Positions 11,073 through 21,900 of a stretch of DNA of 58,676 nucleotides are shown here, piece after piece. Source of the stretch: Bacteroidota bacterium (lineage in GTDB: Bacteria; Bacteroidota; Ignavibacteria; UBA10030; SZUA-254). The notes below the pieces were generated by a model that saw only the letters and a program-made list of their open reading frames with translations, was not told the DNA's origin and did not search any database. The DNA lies in assembly GCA_030019075.1 (NCBI GenBank), contig JASEHD010000003.1, positions 1 through 58,676 on the forward strand. The letters are read 5' to 3'. Each line of letters opens with the position of its first letter. Position 1 is the stretch's first letter. The position numbers and the translations under genes are program-made.

Positions 11073-12257
11073 ATGTTAAACGAAGTTATAATAGCAAGTG
11101 CGTGTCGAACGCCAATTGGAACATTTGGCGGAAGCCTCAGCTCGTTACCTGCGCCAAAACTTGGTGCGGTTGTTATCATCGAAGCAATAAAACGAGCACA
11201 AATAAAACCTGAACAAGTTAATGAAGTTATAATGGGATGTGTCTTACCAAGTGGAATAGGTCAAGCACCTGCCCGGCAGGCAGCTATCTTTGCCAAACTT
11301 CCTACATCTGTTGAGTGCATGACGATAAACAAAGTCTGTGGTTCTGGCTTGAAATCTGTAATGCTCGGTGCACAAGCGATCGCCCTCGGTGATGCCGAGA
11401 TTATTGTAGCGGGTGGGATGGAAAGTATGTCAAACGTTCCATATATCCTTGATAAAGCGAGGACAGGTTATCGGATGGGACATGGGCAGCTTATAGATGG
11501 AATGATCAAAGATGGTTTGTGGGACCCGTATAAAGATTTTCACATGGGTAATGCTGGTGATATTTGTGCAAAAGAGTGCAATATCTCACGCGAAACACAG
11601 GATGAATTTACAACACTAAGTTACAAACGTGCGTTGGATGCCCAAAAGAATGGATTGTTCAAAGATGAAATAATTTCGATTGATATTCCGCAGAAAGGTG
11701 CTGAGCCAATAATTATCAACGAGGATGAAGAACCGAAAAAAGTTAAATTCGATAAGATTGCAACATTAAAACCTGCATTCGCACCTGATGGAACAATCAC
11801 ACCAGCAAATGCCTCAAAGATTAATGATGGTGCCGCTGCGGTCGTTGTCATGTCGAAGGCAAAAGCTGACCAAATGGGGATTAAACCTCTTGCTCGGATT
11901 ATCGCACATGGATCATTTGCCAAACAACCTGAATGGTTTACTACAGCCCCTGCAGATGCAATTACAAAGGTTCTTGCAAAAGCAAATTTTAGCAAAGATC
12001 AGATCGATTTATTCGAAATTAATGAAGCATTTGCAGTAGTAACTCTCGCTGTCAATAAAATTCTCGGTTTAGATATTAACAAAGTAAATGTGAATGGTGG
12101 TGCAGTTGCCCTCGGACATCCAATAGGAGCGAGTGGGACACGAATCCTTGTAACTTTGCTCCACGCAATGAAACAGCGGAGTGCAAAGCGGGGAATGGCT
12201 GCGATTTGCATAGGTGGCGGTGAAGCAAGTGCAATGATCGTTGAAAATTTATCATAA
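11073..12257 (+). CDS. Acetyl-CoA C-acetyltransferase (thiolase II)
   Basis: 394 aa. Active-site Cys region INKVCGSGLKS, then NEAFA, GHPIGASG and CIGGGEASAM C-terminal motifs. Confidence 0.9.
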   Translation: MLNEVIIASACRTPIGTFGGSLSSLPAPKLGAVVIIEAIKRAQIKPEQVNEVIMGCVLPSGIGQAPARQAAIFAKLPTSVECMTINKVCGSGLKSVMLGAQAIALGDAEIIVAGGMESMSNVPYILDKARTGYRMGHGQLIDGMIKDGLWDPYKDFHMGNAGDICAKECNISRETQDEFTTLSYKRALDAQKNGLFKDEIISIDIPQKGAEPIIINEDEEPKKVKFDKIATLKPAFAPDGTITPANASKINDGAAAVVVMSKAKADQMGIKPLARIIAHGSFAKQPEWFTTAPADAITKVLAKANFSKDQIDLFEINEAFAVVTLAVNKILGLDINKVNVNGGAVALGHPIGASGTRILVTLLHAMKQRSAKRGMAAICIGGGEASAMIVENLS

Positions 12258-12273
12258 ATTTTAAGGAGAATAT

Positions 12274-13131
12274 ATGGATATAAAAAACGTAACAGTAATT
12301 GGTGCGGGGACAATGGGGAATGGTATCGCCCATGTGTTTGCACAAAATGGATATTTTATAACCCTCAACGATATTAAACAAGAGTTCATAGATCGCGGAT
12401 TGAAAACAATTACTGGTAATCTCGATCGACAAATTAAAAAAGCTGTGATCACGGAGGAAGTCAAACAACAAACACTTTCACGTATAAAGACAACGCTTTC
12501 GATTGAAGAAGCTGTAAAGAATGCAGATATTGTTATCGAAGCTGCAACTGAAGATAGGGGAATCAAAACACAAATTTTTAAGGTGTTAGATAATTCCTCG
12601 CCGCAAAATGCAATACTTGCAACCAACACATCCTCGATTTCTATAACTGAGATAGCAGCAATCACTAAGCGACCTGAGAAAGTGATTGGTATGCATTTCA
12701 TGAATCCTGTCCCGATGATGAAACTCGTTGAAGTGATTCGTGGTTTGGCAACCAATCAGGAAACGTTGGATACGATCGTTGCATTAACAAAAAAGCTGGA
12801 AAAAGAACCTGTCGAAGTGAACGACTATCCTGGATTTATTTCCAATCGTGTTTTATTACCTATGATTAATGAAGCGATTTATTGTGTAATGGAAGGTGTA
12901 GCAAAACCCGAAGCCATCGATACTGTCATGAAATTAGGAATGAACCACCCGATGGGTCCATTGGCATTGGCAGATTTCATCGGACTCGATGTTTGTCTTT
13001 CAATCATGAATGTTTTATATGATGGACTTGGTGATTCAAAATATAGACCTTGTCCGTTATTAAAGAAGATGGTCGCTGCAGGGCATTTAGGTCGCAAAAC
13101 AGGTAAGGGCTTTTATAAATACGAAAGTTAA
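12274..13131 (+). CDS. hbd: 3-hydroxybutyryl-CoA / 3-hydroxyacyl-CoA dehydrogenase
   Basis: AAGGAG ribosome-binding site upstream. Rossmann motif [12 protein letters not shown], then [22 protein letters not shown] and GFISNR. Confidence 0.9.
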   Translation: MDIKNVTVIGAGTMGNGIAHVFAQNGYFITLNDIKQEFIDRGLKTITGNLDRQIKKAVITEEVKQQTLSRIKTTLSIEEAVKNADIVIEAATEDRGIKTQIFKVLDNSSPQNAILATNTSSISITEIAAITKRPEKVIGMHFMNPVPMMKLVEVIRGLATNQETLDTIVALTKKLEKEPVEVNDYPGFISNRVLLPMINEAIYCVMEGVAKPEAIDTVMKLGMNHPMGPLALADFIGLDVCLSIMNVLYDGLGDSKYRPCPLLKKMVAAGHLGRKTGKGFYKYES

Positions 13132-13188
13132 GAAAACACAATTAACCAATTAACCATTTAACTACTCACTACTAACAACTCACCAATT

Positions 13189-14331
13189 ATGAACTTCGAT
13201 TTCACTGAAACCCAATTGATGATCAAAGAAACCGCGCGCAAGTTTGCTGAAGATGAACTCGCTCCATCTGCCATTGAACGAGACGAGAAGGAAGAATTTC
13301 CGTATGAAGCAGTGAAAAAATTAGGTGAGCTTGGATTTATGGGAATGATGGTTCCCGAACAATACGGTGGTGCGGGATTAGATACAATAAGCTATGTGCT
13401 TGCAATGGAAGAGATTTCGCGGGCTGATGCTTCTTGCGGCGTTATCATGTCGGTAAATAATTCATTAGTTTGCTATGGTTTAAATGAATGGTGCAACGAA
13501 GAACAAAAGAAAAAGTTTCTCATACCCTTAGCAACAGGTAAAAAGTTAGGTGCTTTTGCTCTATCCGAGCCAGAAGCCGGGAGCGATGCCTCGAATCAAA
13601 AAACCACGGCTGATCGTTCTGGAAATGAATATATTTTAAATGGAACAAAAAATTTTATTACGAATGGTTCTACTGCTGATTTCATTCTTGTGATTGCGAC
13701 GACGGATAAAACTAAAGGATCCCACGGAATCAGTGCGTTCATTGTAGAAAAAGGAATACCAGGATTTTCAGTAGCAAAAAAGGAGAAGAAGCTTGGGATC
13801 AGAAGCTCTGATACAGTTTCATTGGCTTTCGATAATTGTCGTATACCTTCAGAGAATAGAATTGGTGAAGAGGGTTTTGGTTTTAAATTTGCCATGAAGA
13901 CGCTCGATGGTGGTCGGATTGGCATTGCCGCACAAGCGTTAGGAATCGCTCAAGCTTCGTTAGATGCGTCCATCCAATACTCTAAACAGAGGAAGGCGTT
14001 TGGTAAGTACATTGCCGAGTTTCAGGCGATTCAATTTAAAATTGCAGATATGGCAACACGAATTGAGGCAGCACGCTTACTCACTTTACAATCTGCATAC
14101 TTAAAAGATATCGGTAAACCATACGGTTACGCATCAGCAATGGCAAAACTTTATGCTTCGAAAGTCGCCGTTGATGCAGCATTAGAAGCGATTCAGATAC
14201 ATGGCGGCTACGGATATGTGAGAGAGTACAATGTCGAGAGGTATCTCCGAGATGCGAAAATAACGGAGATATATGAAGGCACATCAGAAGTTCAGAGAAT
14301 TGTGATCTCAAGGGCATTGTTAAAGGATTGA
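13189..14331 (+). CDS. Acyl-CoA dehydrogenase (short/butyryl-CoA type)
   Basis: 380 aa with ALSEPEAGSDA, FITNG and QIHGGYGY...RDAKITEIYEGTSEVQ (catalytic Glu region). Confidence 0.9.
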   Translation: MNFDFTETQLMIKETARKFAEDELAPSAIERDEKEEFPYEAVKKLGELGFMGMMVPEQYGGAGLDTISYVLAMEEISRADASCGVIMSVNNSLVCYGLNEWCNEEQKKKFLIPLATGKKLGAFALSEPEAGSDASNQKTTADRSGNEYILNGTKNFITNGSTADFILVIATTDKTKGSHGISAFIVEKGIPGFSVAKKEKKLGIRSSDTVSLAFDNCRIPSENRIGEEGFGFKFAMKTLDGGRIGIAAQALGIAQASLDASIQYSKQRKAFGKYIAEFQAIQFKIADMATRIEAARLLTLQSAYLKDIGKPYGYASAMAKLYASKVAVDAALEAIQIHGGYGYVREYNVERYLRDAKITEIYEGTSEVQRIVISRALLKD

Positions 14332-14390
14332 AATTAATAAAATATTAATAATAAATCACAAATAACTATCAACACATTAAAAGGTAATAA

Positions 14391-14936
14391 ATGAAAAAAT
14401 CAATGTTTATTTTGTTTGTTCTTCTGATTTGTGCTAGTTTTGCTTCAGCACAATTCGTAAAAGAGAAAAATTATCTGGGACCTAGCCTTGGTTTATATTT
14501 TCACGGTTCTACTCCCATCTTTGGTGCAAACTATGAGTATGCAATGGATACTGATATGGGATCCGGTATTCTCGGTATCGGTGGTTTGTTTCGGTACTGG
14601 AGTTGGAGTGAGGATATTGGAGATTATTATGGAGAAACATGGGGCTGGAGTTATACTGATATCATGATCGGTGCCCAAGCTAATTACCATTTTCAAGTAG
14701 GTGATGGTAAATTGGATCCTTGGCTTGGTTTAACATTAGCATATGATGCTGGTTCAGTTAAGTATAAAGGACCACATGGTTATAATTACGTCTCACCCTC
14801 GTGGGGTGGACTTTTTCTAGGGGGAAATGGCGGAGCGAGATATTGGTTTTCTGAAAATCTCGCTGGCTCGGCTCGGATAGGCCTTGGCAGTATGAGTTAC
14901 TCTGCTTTCGATATCGGAGTTGATTTTAAATTTTAG
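14391..14936 (+). CDS. Small signal-peptide outer-membrane beta-barrel protein
   Basis: Signal peptide ending ASA-Q. Gly/aromatic-rich alternating pattern and a C-terminal ...DFKF, typical of OMP barrels. Confidence 0.5.
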   Translation: MKKSMFILFVLLICASFASAQFVKEKNYLGPSLGLYFHGSTPIFGANYEYAMDTDMGSGILGIGGLFRYWSWSEDIGDYYGETWGWSYTDIMIGAQANYHFQVGDGKLDPWLGLTLAYDAGSVKYKGPHGYNYVSPSWGGLFLGGNGGARYWFSENLAGSARIGLGSMSYSAFDIGVDFKF

Positions 14937-14964
14937 TTTTTAGTTGATATTGTCAATTTATACA

Positions 14965-14997
14965 AAAGGAAGCTTTAAATGCTTCCTTTCTGTTTTT
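14965..14997 (+). terminator. Rho-independent terminator
   Basis: Stem AAAGGAAGC (14965-14973) pairs with GCTTCCTTT (14981-14989) around a 7-nt loop, followed by CTGTTTTT. Confidence 0.75.
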
Positions 14998-15096
14998 ACT
15001 CCAGAATTACTATTTTTTTATTGAGTATAAATATTTTCTTACTCATTGATATATAAGCAGTTACAGGGTACGCTTAAAGATTTAATAAAAAAGTAC

Positions 15097-15125
15097 TTGA
15101 CAAATTGTTATTTTTTTGTTATAAT
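15097..15125 (+). promoter_or_regulatory. Consensus sigma70-type promoter
   Basis: TTGACA (15097-15102), exactly 17 nt of spacer, then TATAAT (15120-15125). Lies about 70 nt upstream of the ORF at 15198. Confidence 0.6.
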
Positions 15126-15197
15126 CACATACGTAAATTTGAAATAATTTAAATTATTATAATTCACTAATTAATACAACAATATAAGGTATATATC

Positions 15198-15899
15198 ATG
15201 AAAAAATTGATTCTCGTTTTCATAGCCATCTTAATAATCGGGCAGTTGTCATATGCTGGTGATGTTACCGCTATGACGAATGAAGGCGACAAAGCTCTAT
15301 TATTTCAATTTAATGGATTAAGTTCTTTAGGTGCGAGTTCTTATCGTTCTGATACTAGAACTATTACTTATGGTAGTTATACATTAACTCTGCCAACAGT
15401 TAATGGAATTGGTATGAAATATTATCTATCGAATGATCTAGCATTAAATGGTGCTTTATTGTTCGGTATGAAAAGTAAAACAACAAAAGCTGCCATTGCC
15501 GGCAATGCAGATGAAACTGAGTCAGGTATGGGATTTGGTTTAGAAGCAGGGATTCAATCAAATATGATGAAATCAGGTCCGTTCGTTGCATTTATCGGTG
15601 CAGCAGCAAACATTATTATGTACTCTGGTACTTATGAATGGCCAAATTCGGGTCAACCGACAAAAACTAATAAAATAGAAGGTTCTTTAATGGAGTTCGG
15701 AGTCGCTGGCTTAATAGGTTTTGATTATTTTATTTATGATAGAATTAGCCTCGGAGCCGAATATCGTCTCGGATTGAAGACATCGAGCGGAACTGTTGAT
15801 TATACGCCAGCTGGTGTAACGACAACATCATTTGACCTACCATCCGAGATGACGGTTGGATTTTCAACTATTAGTTTTACGTTAGCTGCATATTGGTAA
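15198..15899 (+). CDS. Signal-peptide outer-membrane beta-barrel protein
   Basis: Signal peptide ...SYA-GD. Alternating beta-strand pattern and a terminal aromatic (..LAAYW). Confidence 0.5.
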   Translation: MKKLILVFIAILIIGQLSYAGDVTAMTNEGDKALLFQFNGLSSLGASSYRSDTRTITYGSYTLTLPTVNGIGMKYYLSNDLALNGALLFGMKSKTTKAAIAGNADETESGMGFGLEAGIQSNMMKSGPFVAFIGAAANIIMYSGTYEWPNSGQPTKTNKIEGSLMEFGVAGLIGFDYFIYDRISLGAEYRLGLKTSSGTVDYTPAGVTTTSFDLPSEMTVGFSTISFTLAAYW

Positions 15900-15916
15900 T
15901 TTCTGTTGGTTTTTCC

Positions 15917-15947
15917 AAAGGCGTCTTCTGTGAGGACGCCTTTTTTA
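15917..15947 (+). terminator. Rho-independent terminator
   Basis: AAAGGCGTC...GACGCCTTTTTT hairpin followed by a T-run, immediately after the stop at 15899. Confidence 0.75.
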
Positions 15948-15982
15948 TTTGAACTCTTGCCAAAATTTCTTACATTTTTATA

Positions 15983-18900
15983 ATGTCTAAAAAGGTATTT
16001 TCTACAGGTCTCCCAAAATTTGATTATTTCATCGGATCTTTATCCCCCGCTGATTCCTTTTTAGTGTTTCTCTCTGAATCCGAGCCATTTGACTACATTA
16101 TCCACTCAATCGCAAACTACTCAACTCATTCTAAGTTCCCAGTCGTATATCTTTCGGTTGATGATTTAGAGCATTCAGTATTTCTGAAGAATAAAAAATT
16201 TAAATCTTTCTCAATATCGAAATTAAAAACTAAAAGAAGTGCGGAGGTTTTAAGGGAAATAAAACGATTTGCCGATAAAAATGTTAGAAATTCATATCTA
16301 ATCGTCGATGAGCTTTCAAAATGGGTAAAACCACTTGGTTCCGAACAAAAGGTTGTCGAGTTATTTGAATTTCTTATAGCGTTAATCGAGAAGAGAAATT
16401 CGGTTTTGATTTGCTCGGCTCTCCGATCTAATTTTCAGATTGGAAATCTCATAAGGATGAAAGATGAAGCGACAATCTGTCTCGATTTTATTAAACATCA
16501 AGATCAAACTTACTGTTTGCCGCTAACTTGCAAAGGAAGATATAGGGTGCAAGATATACTTCCTTTGAGATTTGATATTCGCGAATTATCGAAACCTTTT
16601 CCTGAAGATCAATATTTGGTGAAACTACACTCTGTGCCAGATGCTGTAATATCTACACTTGAGGCGAGATATGAAAATCTGTTCCGTGAATCGAATGAGG
16701 CGATGTTTATCTTCGATAGAGCAGGCGATTTTCGCGAGGTTAATTCCAGAGCAACAACTTTACTTGGATACTCAATAGATGAGCTAAAATTAATTAATCC
16801 GTTTTCGATTGTTTCAGACACGTATCGCTTTCGATCATTGCGGTTCTTTCAGGAATTGAAAAGAAGAAAAAAAGGAATAATCACACTCGATATAATTAAG
16901 AAAAATGGTACACATCTTCCTGCCGAGATTCAAGTTTCTAATATCTCCAACACACTATATTTTGGAATTATCCATGATCTTTCAGAGAAGAAGAAATATG
17001 ATCGAGTATTACAACAAAAAACGGAAGAATATGAGAAGGTAGTTGAAGGATCATCAGTTGCAATTATTATCGTTCACGATAACAAACCGCTCTATGTTAA
17101 TAAATTATTTTCAAAATTATTTTCACTTAAGTCAGATGTTGATATCCGCGAAATAGGTTTAAAAGAATTTCTAACAAAAGAATCATTCAAACGATATCAA
17201 AGAACGATTCGGGAATTAAAACAAAAAGGGGAGTCAATCACATTCGAAGCTGAGTGTGTAAGAAGTAATGGTTCCACCTTTTATGGTCAATTGACATTAA
17301 GTGAAATATCGTACCAGCGTAAACAATGCACTCAGGTCTCTATTGCCGATATAACAAATCAAAAACGATTCATCGATGAATTGAACCAATCTGAACAACG
17401 TTATCGTCATCTCGTTGAGAATGCTATTACACCAGCCACGTTGATTCAAGATAGTTGTTATGTCTATGCAAATAAAGCGGTATTAGAACTGTTCGGATAT
17501 GAATCCAACAAAGAAATTCTCGATAAACCTATCGAAATTGTTGTTGAGGAATCTGATAAAGAACATTTTAAAGGATTACTCCTGAAATCCACATCAGGTA
17601 AGGGAAAGGTATCGGTCATTGAATTTAATGGATGTCGGCGTGATAAAAAGGATTTATTATGTGAACTTACCCTGATACCGATTCATGAAGGAAAAGGAAA
17701 CTATTTCGTTGGATACTTCCACGACAAGACAGAAGAAAACAAGGTCAAAGAAGAATTACAACTAAAACTTGAAGAAAGCCAACTTGTTAAAGAAATCTTA
17801 CCATCATTAGTGAGCTTTTTAGATGTTCCCAAATTGACTCAGACCGGATTACATAAACTGATGGAAGTTCTATCATGGGAAATCGGAGCAATATATCTAA
17901 AAGATGATGAATCAAATGCTCTAAAGATTGTACATGGTCGAAATTTTCCTGAGGCATTTAGTAAGAAGTTATCTACGTTAAATTTAGAAGAAGGAATCGG
18001 GGGTTTACTTGCTAAAACACAAACGCCGCATAAAATATCCGTTGCACGTTATCCAAGTTATTTATCTTTTCGTGCGATGTTTAAGGAAGCAAGGATCCGG
18101 GAGATTAGTTTTATTCCTCTGATCGTACGCGAGAAATTTATCGGATTAATCATTCTTTGCACAAAGAAAGAGAATGCTCGGTATTCTTCCGATCTTTTCA
18201 CAGCAATTGGAAATAATTTGGGGAGTTCAATCACTAATTCTATCGTGTACCAGAAGATAAGAGATTCGGAGAATCAAAAAAGTAGATTAATCGAATCGAG
18301 TTCTGAGATTTTATATATAACGCAGCCCAATGGTGTATTTACTCTCCTAAGCTCCAAAATCGAAGAACTTGTTGGTTATCCAGTAAGAGATTTCCAACGG
18401 ACAAAAGATTTATGGCTTCGGTTAATTCATCCGGAGGATAAAAGAATTATACTTGAGCGAATGACAAAACTTCGGGAGATCATACAACCAACAACGTACG
18501 AATATCGAGTGTTACCAAAAGGGAAAGCTGAATACCGTTGGATAAGGGATATTATTAACATAGTAAAAGATGAGCATCAAAATATTGTCCGAGTTTTTGG
18601 TACAATCAGAGATATTACTGACGAAAAACAAATTCTTGCAATCCTGTCTAAAGAAAATTCATTATCGCGAGATATATATTCCAGCATCATAGATGGTATA
18701 TGTGTTTTTGATATGGGATTAAAATTCATTTTTTTAAATCGAACGATGGAAAAAATCCTTGGGAAGACAGAAAAAGAAATGATAGGTAAGAATGCTGCCG
18801 AGATTCTACCATCTTACCAAGGATACAACATCGAAAATCTCCTGAAGAAGACACTTGAAGGCTCGGTGAATCAATCGGAAGATATTCCACTTTATAAAAC

Positions 18901-21900
18901 TGAAACTCAGGAGCAAGGATACATACGCTGTACTTTCTCGCCATATCGAAATAAAGATGGTGAGATACGTGGGATAGTTAGCGTGTTAACTGATGTCAGT
19001 CAGCGAAAAACATTCGAAAACGAAATTCGCGAATCGGAGCATATCCTTAGCAATGTTATCGACACGATGGGGGATATTCTTATACTGACTGATCTTACCG
19101 GTAGAGTGATTCAAATTAACAAAGCATTTATCCAGTTGTTAGGGTACTCGCGGTCGGAAATCAACGGTTGTGATTTCCCATATCCTTGGTTAATCGAGGA
19201 GGAAATGGGGAGATTGGTTTTATGGATTTCAAATCTGCGAGAGCACAATTGGCTGCACGATTTTGATATGACGATGCGAGCGAAAGATGGTCGATTGATA
19301 CCTGTCAGCTTGAGTACAACACTTCTCCGTAATTCGATGGGTGAGCCGATCGCTATGCTAAATATTGCCCGCAATATTACAGAGCGAAAACGCCTGATGA
19401 AGGATTTGGAGAATCGTAATCAGCAGATAGAAATGCTGAATCGGATTGTAACAAAAGCAAATCAGACTATGGACTTTCGTGAAATATTTAAAACACTAAC
19501 GGAGGAGATTCAGAAAGTCGTTATCTGTGATGATATCAGCATTGGGCAGCTAACTGAAAATGGTACGGCGATTAATGTTATTGCAAGCTTAGGCGGTAAT
19601 GAAGGGAATATATTAGATATTACTAAAACAGTATCACAATATACGATAAGCGAGCAGGTACCAGTCCTTATATCAGATTTTAAATCTGAAGAAAAATATA
19701 GGAGACTTCAATCAAATCAGGAAGGATTGCGTTCACAGATTTCACTTCCCATCTTGATGAAAGGAAAAATTTTTGGAACATTAAACCTTGCAAGTAAAGA
19801 ACCTTTTACATTTTCAGAAGAACATATAAGCACACTTCTTCCGATTGCGCAACAGATTGGTGCGATAATCGACCGTATTCAATTATTTCATCGCGTCTCA
19901 GAAGATTCGGCGTATATTCACAATCTTCTGGATTCTATCGATAGTGTTGTCTACACTGTTGATACCCACCTTCAGATACGTGAAGTGAATCGTGCATGGT
20001 ATGATTTCATTCGGGAGTTAGGAGGCGTTCAGTTGCATGATTATCATCAAAAAAATCTTTTTGATGTTGTACCAAATGAACAGTTGAAAATTATCTACCA
20101 AAATATTGTTACTCAATTACTAAATGGTAGTATTAGAATATTTTCTCAGGAATTTAATTTCAATACTCCAAAAGGTGAACGGATATATCAAACCACTATT
20201 AATCCGATGGTCATAGAACGTAAGATCGTTGGACTTGTTTTTACCCACACCGACATCACCACGTTAAAGAAAACAGAAGCAGATCTCAAAAAAAGTAATG
20301 ATCAGCTTTTAGCCCTGCATGAAATCTCCACAGTTCTTAGCAGCTCATTTGATTTACAAAAAATGCTGCATTCTGCATTACCCTTATTAAAAAACATTAT
20401 CGATGCGACGGCAATAATCGTTTATTTGCAAGACCATGAAGGGGATGATTTGATCCTTGTGCATCAGATTGGTTTCGAGATCGACAAATATGCAAGGATA
20501 CATCGTTTACAGCAATCCACTTCAGCAACCGGTGAAGTGATTAAGAAGAAACAGGCGATGTATATTTCAGATAAAGCTTACCTTGACGAACGAATTATTC
20601 CGGCAAATAGGGAGATTCTTCTGCAGTTGCAGATCAGTGCGATAGCTGTAATACCGCTTCTATCAAAGGATAGAGTATTCGGAGCGCTCGATATCTTTTA
20701 TAACACGCCGCATGAATATTCTGATCAAGAACAACAAATTCTCACTCTTGTTGGAAATCAATTAGGTGCGGCAATCGAAAATACTACTCTCTATAAAGAA
20801 ATTCGTTCTCAGGTTGAAAGATTGACCGTTTTATATGATTTGAGTCAACAACTGACTTCAACATTAAATGTTGATCAGATCTTCCAAACAGTATATAAAC
20901 ATGTAAAGCAGATTGCGCCGTGCAAAAACTTTACGTTAGATTTATATAATGAAAAAATACAAATGGTAACACCAGCGTTTAATATTGATGAAAGTTGTGA
21001 TGACATACCATCTACTCCTGCGATTGGTCAATCAAAGTTTTTAACGCCCGGTACTCCGTATGAACAAGTAGTCATATCGAAAAATGCCTATCAGTCACCC
21101 GACAAACGGACAATTATCATACCTATGCTTTCAAAAGAAATTATCATTGGCATAATGTCGGTCGTGGCTGATGACGAAACCATCTATACTGATACACACT
21201 TAAAACTTTTAGAAAGTATCGGGAACCTTACTGCGATTTCATTAGAAAAAGGTAAGTTATATGAGGAAACGCTACAAAAATCGATAGAGATCCAGCGTCG
21301 GAATAAAGAACTTGACGATTTCACCTATGTTGTATCGCATGACTTGAAAGAGCCGCTCATTAGTGTTGAGGGCTTCAGCAAAATTATTCAGGCAGATTAT
21401 CAAGATATAATCCAACAAGAAGGGAAGGAGTACCTTGATTCTATTGTTGGGGCAACGGCTCGGATGAAAGGATTGATTGATGACTTACTACTTCTTTCTC
21501 GCATAAGTAGGCCTTCAGAGGCATTTAAAGATGTACAGATAAAATCGATTCTCGATGAAATTAAGACTTATATGGTATACACGATCAAGCAAAAAGGTGT
21601 AAATATTGTTATTCCAGATGATCTTCCCAGTGTGTACGGTAATGAAACACAGTTGAAGATTGTTTTCCGCAACCTGCTCAGTAATGCTGTTAAATTTAAC
21701 AATAATCAAAATCCTTTAGTCGAAGTTGGATTTCAGAATGTGGAAAATAATTATTATCTTTTTTTTGTTAAAGATAACGGTCTCGGAATTGAAAAAGATT
21801 TTCATGATAAAATATTTGTTATATTCCAGCGGCTTCATCGCAGAGAGGAATATGAAGGAAGTGGAGCGGGGCTTGCTATCGTAAAAAAAATTATTGAGTT

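Noticed and set aside
11073-14331. The thiolase / hbd / acyl-CoA dehydrogenase trio considered as an unusual or incomplete butyrate pathway, since there is no crotonase or etfAB in the cluster.
   Set aside because: Partial beta-oxidation or butyryl-CoA clusters with the remaining genes elsewhere are common. Nothing in the sequence itself is anomalous.
15957-15984. TTGCCA, a 16-nt spacer, then TATAAT immediately upstream of the giant kinase gene.
   Set aside because: The -10 hexamer (15979-15984) overlaps the only plausible start codon (ATG at 15983), so transcription from it would exclude the start. The match is probably chance in AT-rich DNA, and the real promoter remains unidentified.
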